DNA of 64,000 nucleotides from Promethearchaeota archaeon. GTDB lineage: Archaea > Asgardarchaeota > Lokiarchaeia > Sigyniarchaeales > SOKP01. The number at the start of each line of letters is the position of its first letter. Position 1 is the first letter of the stretch. A program made the translations under genes and the position numbers. The DNA lies in contig JAHLWS010000062.1 in the NCBI GenBank assembly GCA_019057795.1, positions 1 through 64,000 on the forward strand, written 5' to 3'. A model generated the notes under the pieces. That model had not been told where the DNA came from and searched no databases. It saw nothing but the letters and a program-made list of their open reading frames with translations. This document shows positions 9,214 to 18,435 of this stretch, piece by piece.

Positions 9214-10038
9214 TTATTTTAAAAATTTCAAGTGAACTATTTTAGCTGCTTTCACATGTTCAGATTTCTTAATCGCAGATATCGACTTTTTATCCCAATT
9301 AGGATTTATTTTTGTTCTAGCCCAAATTGTATACCAATCATGTATTTGAATATTAGGCGACCACTTAGGAAAAATCTTCGTTGGGTTGCCAACTCCAAAG
9401 TGTAATCTCAATTCTTTTTCACCAGCTTTTTTGGCTCTCAGGTTGACAACTTTATTAGCAAGTTTAGAGGTCGCATCAAAAATCATTTCAGCTCTTGGGA
9501 ATCGTTTCGCCATTTCAATAATTAAAGATGATATTTCATCTTCTTTAAAATAATAAACAAAACCACCAGCAATGAAAAAGATTCCATTGTTTAGGTCATA
9601 TTCAATTTCGTCGAACCAAGAATAATCGAGGGCAGATTTTGAAATGAATTTATTTCTTTCGGATTCAGATAAGAGGGTTTTACGGAATGAGATAGCTGAA
9701 GGCAAATCTAAATCATACCACTTGATTGTACCATTATCAACTCTATAAAAAGTAGTGTCTAATCCGGCTCCAATATTAACGATTGTAGCTGATGGATGGT
9801 TTTCAATAAATTCTTTAACCGCTATATCAAAATTTTTAGCTCTTGCCATTAATCCTAATCCACGCCATTCACCAAGATAATTTTTGATATTTGAGAAATC
9901 ATAATCCACATTTTTAATGATATCTATAGCTTTTAAATCGTTTAGTAATTCAGGATATAACTGACTATATTTCGCTCGAGCCCATAATGGCCCTAACATT
10001 GTTTCCTCCACTTTTTCATCAAAAATCGTATCAGTCAT
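9214..10038 (-). CDS. SAM-dependent methyltransferase (LCM/O-methyltransferase family)
   Basis: ETMLGPLWARA, VNIGAGLDT, WYDLDLP motifs. Confidence 0.8.
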   Translation of the reverse strand: MTDTIFDEKVEETMLGPLWARAKYSQLYPELLNDLKAIDIIKNVDYDFSNIKNYLGEWRGLGLMARAKNFDIAVKEFIENHPSATIVNIGAGLDTTFYRVDNGTIKWYDLDLPSAISFRKTLLSESERNKFISKSALDYSWFDEIEYDLNNGIFFIAGGFVYYFKEDEISSLIIEMAKRFPRAEMIFDATSKLANKVVNLRAKKAGEKELRLHFGVGNPTKIFPKWSPNIQIHDWYTIWARTKINPNWDKKSISAIKKSEHVKAAKIVHLKFLK

Positions 10039-11039
10039 TTCTGATCTTTACTCTGGAGTTGCTTTATAAGTTCTTCTTTTTCTCTTTCTAATTTCTCAAT
10101 GTGTCTGTCCTTCTTTCTCATTTTTAAATCTTGGATGGTAACGCCTTGTAAACTGAGTAATTTTTTAATTAGTATATATGAAGCGAAAGAAATCCCGAAT
10201 AGGTAAAAGAGATTTATCGTCCAGATGAATGGGGCAATCGAAGTATAAAATGGTAAATTTATAAATGGTGCTACTAGTGCAAAGATTCCTATTATCGCAA
10301 TTGCAATCATAAGTACATATCTTTCATATTCTTTACGTTCAGATCTAAAAAAGACATATAATCTTAACCAGTAAAATATACACAAAAAAGCTAATGGGGT
10401 AAAGATTAAAGAGCCAATAGCTATCACCAATAAAAAATTTATTGCGAACTTGATTCTCCATGATTCAAGTAAATCCTTTACAGTTAGTTGATCTTGTTTT
10501 TGAACCTGAGCATAATCACCCTTAAGAGTGAAAAACTTTTTCTTAACTTTTCTTGCGGCCCCCTTTGCTCCCTTTTTGACTGCCGAGAATTTACTTAATT
10601 CTATTCCTTTATAGAATTTATCTTTCATCAATGGAAAAAGATAAAGCGTTAGAAGCAGAGATAGGATTCCGTAGAGGTATATTAAAATTTCAATTACTAA
10701 CCAAAAACCTTCTGAAGAGAATAGAGTATTTCGAAAATAACTTGAAATAATCAAGTAAATTGCATAACCAATAAAAACAAATGGAACAAAGATTTGTATA
10801 ATAATTACAATATTAGTTCCTCTTTTATCCAATTTTTCACTAGCTTGATCTAAAAGAATTAGAAATCCATTCGCAATACTAAAAATCAATCCAAACCCTG
10901 ATAGAAATTTAACAGCATAGAAGAATATAATTGCTGTTAGATTTAGGGTAGTATTCCCAAAAATCATTAAAATCAACATTAAAACGAAAGATATCGATAA
11001 CCCTAAAATAAAAAAGATTCTTAAATTTTTTTCTTTCAT
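10035..11039 (-). CDS. Multi-pass membrane protein, hypothetical
   Basis: Multiple hydrophobic segments, C-terminal coiled coil. Confidence 0.65.
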   Translation of the reverse strand: MKEKNLRIFFILGLSISFVLMLILMIFGNTTLNLTAIIFFYAVKFLSGFGLIFSIANGFLILLDQASEKLDKRGTNIVIIIQIFVPFVFIGYAIYLIISSYFRNTLFSSEGFWLVIEILIYLYGILSLLLTLYLFPLMKDKFYKGIELSKFSAVKKGAKGAARKVKKKFFTLKGDYAQVQKQDQLTVKDLLESWRIKFAINFLLVIAIGSLIFTPLAFLCIFYWLRLYVFFRSERKEYERYVLMIAIAIIGIFALVAPFINLPFYTSIAPFIWTINLFYLFGISFASYILIKKLLSLQGVTIQDLKMRKKDRHIEKLEREKEELIKQLQSKDQK

Positions 11040-11233
11040 TGTAGGTTATAATAAGAGTATAGGATTAATAATCTTTAGTATGGATCTAATGCTAATTAAA
11101 AATTCCATTCAATTGCTTTTCAATGAAATATCAAGAGATTATAAGACATATATTTAAATAATATTCGAGAACAGTTATTTTTATAAGTATTTCTTAAATC
11201 AATAATCAAACATAATTTAAGGTAAATCTCATA

Positions 11234-12895
11234 ATGGTTAATGATGTCTTTACATTTTTGGTTGGAGGAAAGGCGGGAGAAGGCGTGAAGAAAGCTGGAT
11301 CAGTGGCAGCTCATATATTTTCTAGTATGGGACAGCGTGTATTTCAAATGGACGATTATATGAGCCTAATTAGAGGAGGACACAATTTTTCTATAGTTAG
11401 TACTTCCACTAGATGGATTACTAGCCATTACATGAAAGCGGATCTTCTTGTTAACTTTGATAAGCGAAGTTGTGAAACTCATATTAACGATGTTGCTGAT
11501 GGTGGAATTATTATCTATAACTCAGACGAACAAGAAGATGTTGATGGTGTTGGAATTCCATTCAGTTCAGAAGTTGAAAAATATCCCATGAAAAGCCTGA
11601 TGTACGGTGTAGGGGCTGTAGCAATTTTAGCATCAACAATAGGATTCAAAAAAGAGCAAATGAATCAAAGTATAAAGAATCAATATCCAAGAGGTATCGA
11701 AGATAACATTAAATTTGCAAATACCATCTACGATATGGTAAAAGGCGGCTGTCAAGATAAATTTTTAATAAGTAAAGAAGAAAAAGAAAGACCAATTATT
11801 ACAGGTAACGAAGCAATAAGTCTGGGAGCTATAGCTGGCGGGTTAGATACGTATTTTGGATATCCAATGACGCCAGCATCTTCAGTATTGCACTTTTTAG
11901 CAAAGAAAGCAGAAAATTTTGGGTTAGCAGTCGTTCATGCTGAAAGCGAACTTGCTGTAATTAATATGGCTATTGGTTCCACGTTTACTGGGGCAAGATC
12001 AATGGTTGGAACCAGTGGCGGAGGTTTCGCGCTTATGACCGAAGGCATTTCCTTAGCAGGGATTACTGAAGCTCCTATTCTCATAGTCTTATCACAAAGA
12101 CCCGGACCTGCTACAGGGGTACCTACTTATACCGAACAAGCTGATCTAAGTTTTGCTCTTTCTGCTGGTCACGGTGACTTTTTGCGTATAGTAGCATCTC
12201 CTGGAACGATAGAAGAAGCTTATTATTTAACTGCGGAAATGCTTGATCTTGTCTGGAAATTTCAAACACCAGGAATTCTACTCACGGAGAAACATTTATC
12301 AGAATGCAGCATGACAATTCATATCGATGTAGATAAGGCAAAATGGGCAAAACCTAAAATACATCAAGGGGATAATTATAAAAGATATCATGACGCTGAA
12401 GATGGAATTTCTCCAATGCTATTTCCACCGTCGAAAGAAGTAATTAAGTGGAATAGCTACGAACACGATGAATTTGGTGTAACGACTGAGAATGCCGAGA
12501 TGATAGCAATAATGCATGATAAGAGAAATAAAAAACTTAAAACACTAGTAGAATATTTAAAGAGTCAATATACTGTTAATATTATTCGAGGAGAGATGAC
12601 CACTAATCTTTTTGCGTATGGTTCGACTTACATGAGCGTTTTAGAAGCTCTTAGGTATGGGGGATTAAACCCTACAATCGTTCAACCAATATATTTGAGC
12701 CCATTACCAATATGGGAATTAGAGGAATTTAGAAATCAAGACAATGTAGTAATTGAACAAAGCTCTACAGGACAATTTACAGCTCTTTTAAAAGAAAAAG
12801 CAGGGTTAAAAATAAGAAGTACGATTAAAAAGTATGATGGACGACCATTTGATCCAATTGAATTATCAAAAAAGATTAAGGAGGTGCTGCATTAA
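11234..12895 (+). CDS. korA: 2-oxoacid:ferredoxin oxidoreductase alpha (gamma-alpha fused)
   Basis: GGKAGEGV, IRGGHN, GYPMTPAS, TSGGGF, RPGPATG, YDGRPF. Confidence 0.9.
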   Translation: MVNDVFTFLVGGKAGEGVKKAGSVAAHIFSSMGQRVFQMDDYMSLIRGGHNFSIVSTSTRWITSHYMKADLLVNFDKRSCETHINDVADGGIIIYNSDEQEDVDGVGIPFSSEVEKYPMKSLMYGVGAVAILASTIGFKKEQMNQSIKNQYPRGIEDNIKFANTIYDMVKGGCQDKFLISKEEKERPIITGNEAISLGAIAGGLDTYFGYPMTPASSVLHFLAKKAENFGLAVVHAESELAVINMAIGSTFTGARSMVGTSGGGFALMTEGISLAGITEAPILIVLSQRPGPATGVPTYTEQADLSFALSAGHGDFLRIVASPGTIEEAYYLTAEMLDLVWKFQTPGILLTEKHLSECSMTIHIDVDKAKWAKPKIHQGDNYKRYHDAEDGISPMLFPPSKEVIKWNSYEHDEFGVTTENAEMIAIMHDKRNKKLKTLVEYLKSQYTVNIIRGEMTTNLFAYGSTYMSVLEALRYGGLNPTIVQPIYLSPLPIWELEEFRNQDNVVIEQSSTGQFTALLKEKAGLKIRSTIKKYDGRPFDPIELSKKIKEVLH

Positions 12896-12896
12896 G

Positions 12897-13742
12897 ATGG
12901 ATAATCTTAAAACATACGCCGAAATTACTTGGTGCAAAGGGTGTGGAAATTTTGGAATCTTTACAGCTTTAAGAAAAGCCATTCCAAAACTCGAAGAAAA
13001 AGGAATTAAAAGGGAGGATATTGTAATGACGGCGGGCATAGGATGCCACGCAAAAATCTTCGATTATTTAAACTTGAGCGGTCTTTATGGGCTACACGGT
13101 CGAAATAGCTCGAATTCTGAAGGAATGAAAATCGCAAATCCCGATTTGAAAGTGATTACTTTTTCTGGAGACGGAAACGGATTAGGTGAAGGTTTAGCTC
13201 ACACAATTTTTGCGGCTAAAAGAAATCAAGAAATGACTATGATTTTGCATAATAACAGCGTTTATGCCTTGACCACAGGACAATTCTCGCCTTTAACTGA
13301 AAAGGGTTGGAAGGGACCATCTACTCCAAGAGGAAGTTTTGAAACCCCCTTTAACCCGCTATCTTTAATGCTTGAAGTTGGAGCTACATTTATTGCCAGA
13401 GCGTTTGCTGGTGAAATCAATCACCTTACAGAAATATTAGTTCAAGCGATTCAACACGAGGGATTTTCGTTTATCGAAGTATTACAACCCGCAGTACCAT
13501 ATCATTCTTGGAGCGAATATAGCGAAAAAATTGAATTTCTTGAAAATGAACCTGAGACTTATGAAGAAGCAATGAAAGCTGTTAAAAATAAACATAAATT
13601 CACTTTAGGCGTATTCTACAGAGCTCAAAAGCCTGTGTATCATAAAGGATTATATGGAGCCCATAACCCTATTACTAACAGACTGTCGAGGGATACTCGA
13701 TTAGATAAAATCCGTAAAATTTTAGGATTTAATAGTTTTTAG
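12897..13742 (+). CDS. korB: 2-oxoacid:ferredoxin oxidoreductase beta
   Basis: WCKGCGNFGI, GIGC, LHGR, GDG, YALTTGQFSP; ATG at 12897 after the korA stop. Confidence 0.9.
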   Translation: MDNLKTYAEITWCKGCGNFGIFTALRKAIPKLEEKGIKREDIVMTAGIGCHAKIFDYLNLSGLYGLHGRNSSNSEGMKIANPDLKVITFSGDGNGLGEGLAHTIFAAKRNQEMTMILHNNSVYALTTGQFSPLTEKGWKGPSTPRGSFETPFNPLSLMLEVGATFIARAFAGEINHLTEILVQAIQHEGFSFIEVLQPAVPYHSWSEYSEKIEFLENEPETYEEAMKAVKNKHKFTLGVFYRAQKPVYHKGLYGAHNPITNRLSRDTRLDKIRKILGFNSF

Positions 13743-13997
13743 TTTAATTGTTTGATGTTTGCTTGAGGTAAATATCCATTCGTTTTTACATTTTTTAGAA
13801 CAAAAATAGTGTTTTGCTGGTTCTTGAGCGATATTTATAAAGACAAACTTGTAAGATCTATTATAATTCTTCTGATATAGTTTTAAAAGTTTTCCACACA
13901 ATTCACAATTTTTTTTCAAGATGATCATACTTCCATTTATTTCGTCTGCGTAATCTTTAAATAATTTCATTTTTTTTGGTTTTCTAACATTTTCCAT
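13722..13997 (-). CDS. Small zinc-finger protein (TRASH/MYM-like)
   Basis: CELCG...YFCSKKC. Confidence 0.55.
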   Translation of the reverse strand: MENVRKPKKMKLFKDYADEINGSMIILKKNCELCGKLLKLYQKNYNRSYKFVFINIAQEPAKHYFCSKKCKNEWIFTSSKHQTIKLKTIKS

Positions 13998-14107
13998 TTT
14001 CTCTTCTTAATGGTATTCTAGTTTACCTATAAAATTATTGTTTCTTTATATAATAGATAAAAAGATAAAATGAGAAAATAACAATAATGAAAGAAAACCT
14101 TAAAATA

Positions 14108-14272
14108 TTATTCTAAATCGGTCCGACCTATTGCTCTAAAAGGTAAGAGTCTATTAAAAACATAGTAATCGAAAAGTCTTCTTCCATCAATTATAGTAGG
14201 TAATTTCATGCTTTTTTTAAAATCTTCTGGTGTTAGGGCTTTAAACTCGTCCCACTCCGTAATTAATATTGC
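14108..14272 (-). pseudogene. Duplicated 3' end of UDP-glucose dehydrogenase (54 codons + stop)
   Basis: Direct repeat of 15563-15727 encoding AILITEWDEFK...IGRTDLE*; no start codon at its 5' end. Confidence 0.9.
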
Positions 14273-14522
14273 TCGAGCTGCTTTTTAATTTTATGAAAGT
14301 AGATTATTTTAAAAAATTTAGGATATAAATTATCAAGTCAGCTTAATAAGAATTTATAACATTATAACACTTTTGTAAATCATGTGTAGGAAGGGAATTT
14401 TGAGATGATAAAAAAATAAAGATTTTTATACAGAGATGTACTCACTTAGAAGTGAGTAATATAAATTGTATTTTGATATGAAATAAAAAAGATGTTGAAT
14501 AAGTAGAGTAGAGGGAAATCGA

Positions 14523-15035
14523 ATGATAGAGGAATTTGATCGTGTCTCTTATATTTTTAGAGATTATTTATATAATTTTGTAAGATTAATGAAAGAGAAG
14601 TATCACGAGGATCTGCTTTCAATTATATTGTTTGGTTCTGTAGCGAGGGGAAAATGGAATAATGAATCCGATATTGACCTTTTTATAATATTTACTAACA
14701 AATCATCGATAAAAAACGGTTTAAATAATCAACTAACGAAAATAATCTCAGATTACGAGAGAAAATCAAAATTAAAAAATTCCAAAGGTGATCGTCTATT
14801 TTCTACTATACAGGATATATCATTGTTATTAAAAGATCTACATACATTTAGAACAATATTTTATGATATTGCGATGGATGGAATCATTATATTTGATAGA
14901 AATAAAACAGGATTTCATTTTCTTAAAAGAATAAGAAAAAGAATCGAAGAAAAAGGACTAAGAAGGGTTTTCATAAAAGAAAATGATTATTATTGGGAAA
15001 GAAATGTTAAGTTTGGAGAAATTATTGAACTATGA
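14523..15035 (+). CDS. Minimal nucleotidyltransferase (MNT)
   Basis: LFGSVARG...SDIDL. Confidence 0.85.
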   Translation: MIEEFDRVSYIFRDYLYNFVRLMKEKYHEDLLSIILFGSVARGKWNNESDIDLFIIFTNKSSIKNGLNNQLTKIISDYERKSKLKNSKGDRLFSTIQDISLLLKDLHTFRTIFYDIAMDGIIIFDRNKTGFHFLKRIRKRIEEKGLRRVFIKENDYYWERNVKFGEIIEL

Positions 15036-15490
15036 ATAATTTAGATACTTCAAAAGGAGCAGTTGAAAGAGCGTTTCGTTGGTATCAAGGTGCTATACGA
15101 GCATATGAAGATGAAAGATGGGATGATGTTATTTATTCCTTACAAATGTCAGTTGAGCAAGCCTTAAAAGCGGTCTTAATTCTTTTTGGGATTGAATATC
15201 CAAAAAAGCATGATGTATCTACAATTTATGTCGATCTAAAGCAAAAATTGATTCCAGAATGGTTCAAAGAAAAAATTGATAATCAAGTAGACATGTTAAA
15301 GGATCTAGTTAAATTAAGAGGTAAAGCGTCATATGGATATGTTGATGGACTAAAAAAAGACGATTTTAAAGATGAAGCATCCAGTTTTAAAGATCCTGTT
15401 AGAGATATAATAGAAGAATGTAATAATCTAATAATTGAATTTTCTAAAAATGAAATTCAAGAAAATAATTCAAATGGTTCTAATAAATGA
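15032..15490 (+). CDS. HEPN domain protein
   Basis: QMSVEQALKA, PKKHDV; ATGA overlap with MNT gene. Confidence 0.8.
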   Translation: MNNLDTSKGAVERAFRWYQGAIRAYEDERWDDVIYSLQMSVEQALKAVLILFGIEYPKKHDVSTIYVDLKQKLIPEWFKEKIDNQVDMLKDLVKLRGKASYGYVDGLKKDDFKDEASSFKDPVRDIIEECNNLIIEFSKNEIQENNSNGSNK

Positions 15491-15562
15491 AATTTTTCTA
15501 AGGAGTCCAGAAAATATTATAGAAATTAGTTAATTAGAGAAAATTTTAGTTTTAATTATTCT

Positions 15563-16933
15563 TTATTCTAAATCAGTCCGACCTATCGCTCTAAAAGGTA
15601 AGAGGTTGTTAAAAACATTGTAATCGAAAATTCTTCTTCCATCTACAAGGTTCGGAGCTTTCATTTGCTTCTTGAAATCGTCTGGTGTTAGGGCTTTAAA
15701 CTCGTCCCACTCCGTAATTAATATTGCACACTCAGAATCTTTTAAAGCTTCTTCAATTGATTCGGCATATTGAATTTTATCTCCCAATTCCATTTCAGCA
15801 GTTTTATTTGCTTTAGGGTCATATCCGATGATATCAGTTATACCTCTTTTTATTAATTCATTAACAACCCTAATACTAGCAGCTTCCCGCATGTCGTCCG
15901 TACCTGGCTTGAAAGCAAGACCTAATAAGGCTACTTTTTTACCAGCTAATTTTCCTGCCAATTGTTCAGCCATATCGACGATGTGGATTGCTTGATCGTC
16001 ATTAATGCCTAAAACTGCTTCTAATAATCTTGAAGTATATCCTTTTGATTTAGACCATGCTTTTATTGCGTTCACATCTTTATGAAAACAAGAACCTCCA
16101 AAACCAACTCCAGCATTTAAAAACCGAGAATTTAATCTGTAATCGAGCCCTACTCCTTTCATAACTTGGGCTACATCTACATTTGGTACTAACTCAGCAA
16201 AATTCGCGAATTCATTAGCATAACTGATTTTAGTAGATAAAAGGCAATTATTACCATATTTAACTAATTCAGCGCTTTCTAGATTCATCCTTAACACAGG
16301 ACAATTTTGTAAGTGGTCACCATAGAAATATTCGTAAAACTCCTGAAGCATGGCGCCACTCTTCTCGTCAAACTCACCTATTACGATCCTATCTGGACGA
16401 AGCGTATCTTCAATCGAACGACCCTCCGCTAAAAATTCAGGTTGCATGCATAAGCCAAAATCTTTTCCTGGAACCTTTCCAGAAACTTTAGTAATTATTT
16501 TTCCAACCAGATTCCTCGTAGTACCGGGAACTACGGTAGATCTTACAACAACTAAATGATATTCCTTTTGCTTTAGAGCCTCTCCTATTTCCCTAGCCGT
16601 ACTTTCAATATAGCCTAAGTCTATGCTTTTATCTTCTCGCATGGGAGTACCTTGAGTAATCATAGAAATATCCGTTTCGAGTATCGCTTTTACGGGATCC
16701 AACAAGCACTGTAATAGTTCTGGTTTGTTAGCTTTAATATTGTTCATTATTTCTTGTAAATCTGCTTCGTAAAATGGTGCCTTTCCTTCATTAATCATTT
16801 TAGCTTTCTTCTCATTATGAGTGGATGCTAAGACTTGTATATCTTTCTCGGCAAAACACGCAGCACTACATAAACCAATAAATCCAGTTCCTAAGATCGA
16901 AACGCTATACTTATACATTTTCATTACACTCAT
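15563..16933 (-). CDS. ugd: UDP-glucose/nucleotide-sugar 6-dehydrogenase
   Basis: GTGFIG, STVVPGTT, PEFLAEG, GFGGSCF, GLAFKPGTDDMRE, DGRR. Confidence 0.9.
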   Translation of the reverse strand: MSVMKMYKYSVSILGTGFIGLCSAACFAEKDIQVLASTHNEKKAKMINEGKAPFYEADLQEIMNNIKANKPELLQCLLDPVKAILETDISMITQGTPMREDKSIDLGYIESTAREIGEALKQKEYHLVVVRSTVVPGTTRNLVGKIITKVSGKVPGKDFGLCMQPEFLAEGRSIEDTLRPDRIVIGEFDEKSGAMLQEFYEYFYGDHLQNCPVLRMNLESAELVKYGNNCLLSTKISYANEFANFAELVPNVDVAQVMKGVGLDYRLNSRFLNAGVGFGGSCFHKDVNAIKAWSKSKGYTSRLLEAVLGINDDQAIHIVDMAEQLAGKLAGKKVALLGLAFKPGTDDMREAASIRVVNELIKRGITDIIGYDPKANKTAEMELGDKIQYAESIEEALKDSECAILITEWDEFKALTPDDFKKQMKAPNLVDGRRIFDYNVFNNLLPFRAIGRTDLE

Positions 16934-17129
16934 GAAATTAAATTCTTTTATTTATCAATTTTGGATATTGTTAAAACTTTTTGTAATTGTATAAATAAAT
17001 TTATAATATAATGAAACTAGTATTAAATTTATGGTCTTTTCCAATGAAAGTTGGAAGTATGGGAATTCTTTGGGTAGAATTCAAAATTCATATATAAAAT
17101 ATTAACAAAAAAATAAGGTAAATAATAAA

Positions 17130-18416
17130 ATGAACGATTTAAGAAAAAAATTGAAAATTCCAGACGGCGCATTAAAAGTAATAAACGATTTCTTACTGGA
17201 CGAAAAAAATCCACTGATAAACGATCTCTTAACTATCATAGATAAATATGGCGGAGTAGAAGAAATTAATAAAAAAGCAGAAGAAGCGAGTAAAATAGAA
17301 AACTTACTCGAAAAGTTAAAAAAGAAGAAACCAGAATATGTTAAGGATATTGAGTGGTTAATTTCTCAACGCGACAATAACTCTTTTATTAGCATAGCAG
17401 ATTATAGAAAAAAGATTTTAGGCGAAAAAGCATCTGAAATGACTTTCGACGAAGACTTTGCGATAACATTAGAACTTTCTGCGTGTCAATACTTTCCTTT
17501 CTTGATGGATATGGTAAGAGACGCCGTTGAAAATCAAACGATAGTACCTGGGAGAATAATTCGCGTAAGATACATGAAAGAACAGGAACAAGATGGGGAT
17601 TTACTAGCTATGGCAGCGGCAATGCAAATAATAGGTGCAACATGGGTTGAGACTCTTGATACAAAGGGAACTGCCCCTGGTCCAGATGGCATGCCTGTAA
17701 ACATACATCTGGGAGGCCCTGATACAATTACTGGATATTTTGGAGGTGTTGGACAACCAAACGATTTTGCGTTAAAATGGATTGACGAATTTCTTTACTA
17801 TTACACTAACTACGGCATTAAACAGGTTCTTAACGTAAATCCGGGCACTGTTTTATTAGGATATTTTATCCATAAACTTGGTATCAACAACGAATTTAAA
17901 ATTAGCGTATACATGGGTAACGATAACCCTTATTCTTGTCTTTGGACATTATTGACCGCTAAATTGTTTGCCCGGGAGGATGGAACTAGTCCCTTGATTG
18001 GCTTTAACCTTGCCAATTCAGTTAATAATGAAACTATTGAAGTAACTGCCTATATTAGAAAAAAATTTGGGTTTGAAGATGTAGTACGAATAGAACACCA
18101 TATAACTGAAACATGGAAAAGTATTGTAAGGCAGCCTTATGACCGTCGAGATGAATTAATGGAATTGGCTAAGAAAGTGAAGAATGTAAGTGCGAAGCAT
18201 GAGGGTGCAAATGTTGATGTTGACGAAAAACGGGAACATCCCACAGATATCCTTGAATATTTCATGACTAAGGAAGATATTGAAGAAGCGGGAATATGGG
18301 AAGCATTACGCATAAACCTTCTCGACCGATACGAAGCTATTAATACTACAGCTGAAGCTCTAACTAAAAAGGGACTAACATTTATAGCTGCTAAAAATTT
18401 ACATCATCGGGAATAA
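17130..18416 (+). CDS. Conserved hypothetical, enzyme-like protein
   Basis: 428-aa ORF with motif-like segments (ETLDTKG, NIHLGG, GYFGG, EHH, KHEG); 19 nt from the next gene. Confidence 0.65.
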   Translation: MNDLRKKLKIPDGALKVINDFLLDEKNPLINDLLTIIDKYGGVEEINKKAEEASKIENLLEKLKKKKPEYVKDIEWLISQRDNNSFISIADYRKKILGEKASEMTFDEDFAITLELSACQYFPFLMDMVRDAVENQTIVPGRIIRVRYMKEQEQDGDLLAMAAAMQIIGATWVETLDTKGTAPGPDGMPVNIHLGGPDTITGYFGGVGQPNDFALKWIDEFLYYYTNYGIKQVLNVNPGTVLLGYFIHKLGINNEFKISVYMGNDNPYSCLWTLLTAKLFAREDGTSPLIGFNLANSVNNETIEVTAYIRKKFGFEDVVRIEHHITETWKSIVRQPYDRRDELMELAKKVKNVSAKHEGANVDVDEKREHPTDILEYFMTKEDIEEAGIWEALRINLLDRYEAINTTAEALTKKGLTFIAAKNLHHRE

Positions 18417-18435
18417 AAAATAGAGGTTAATTTAA

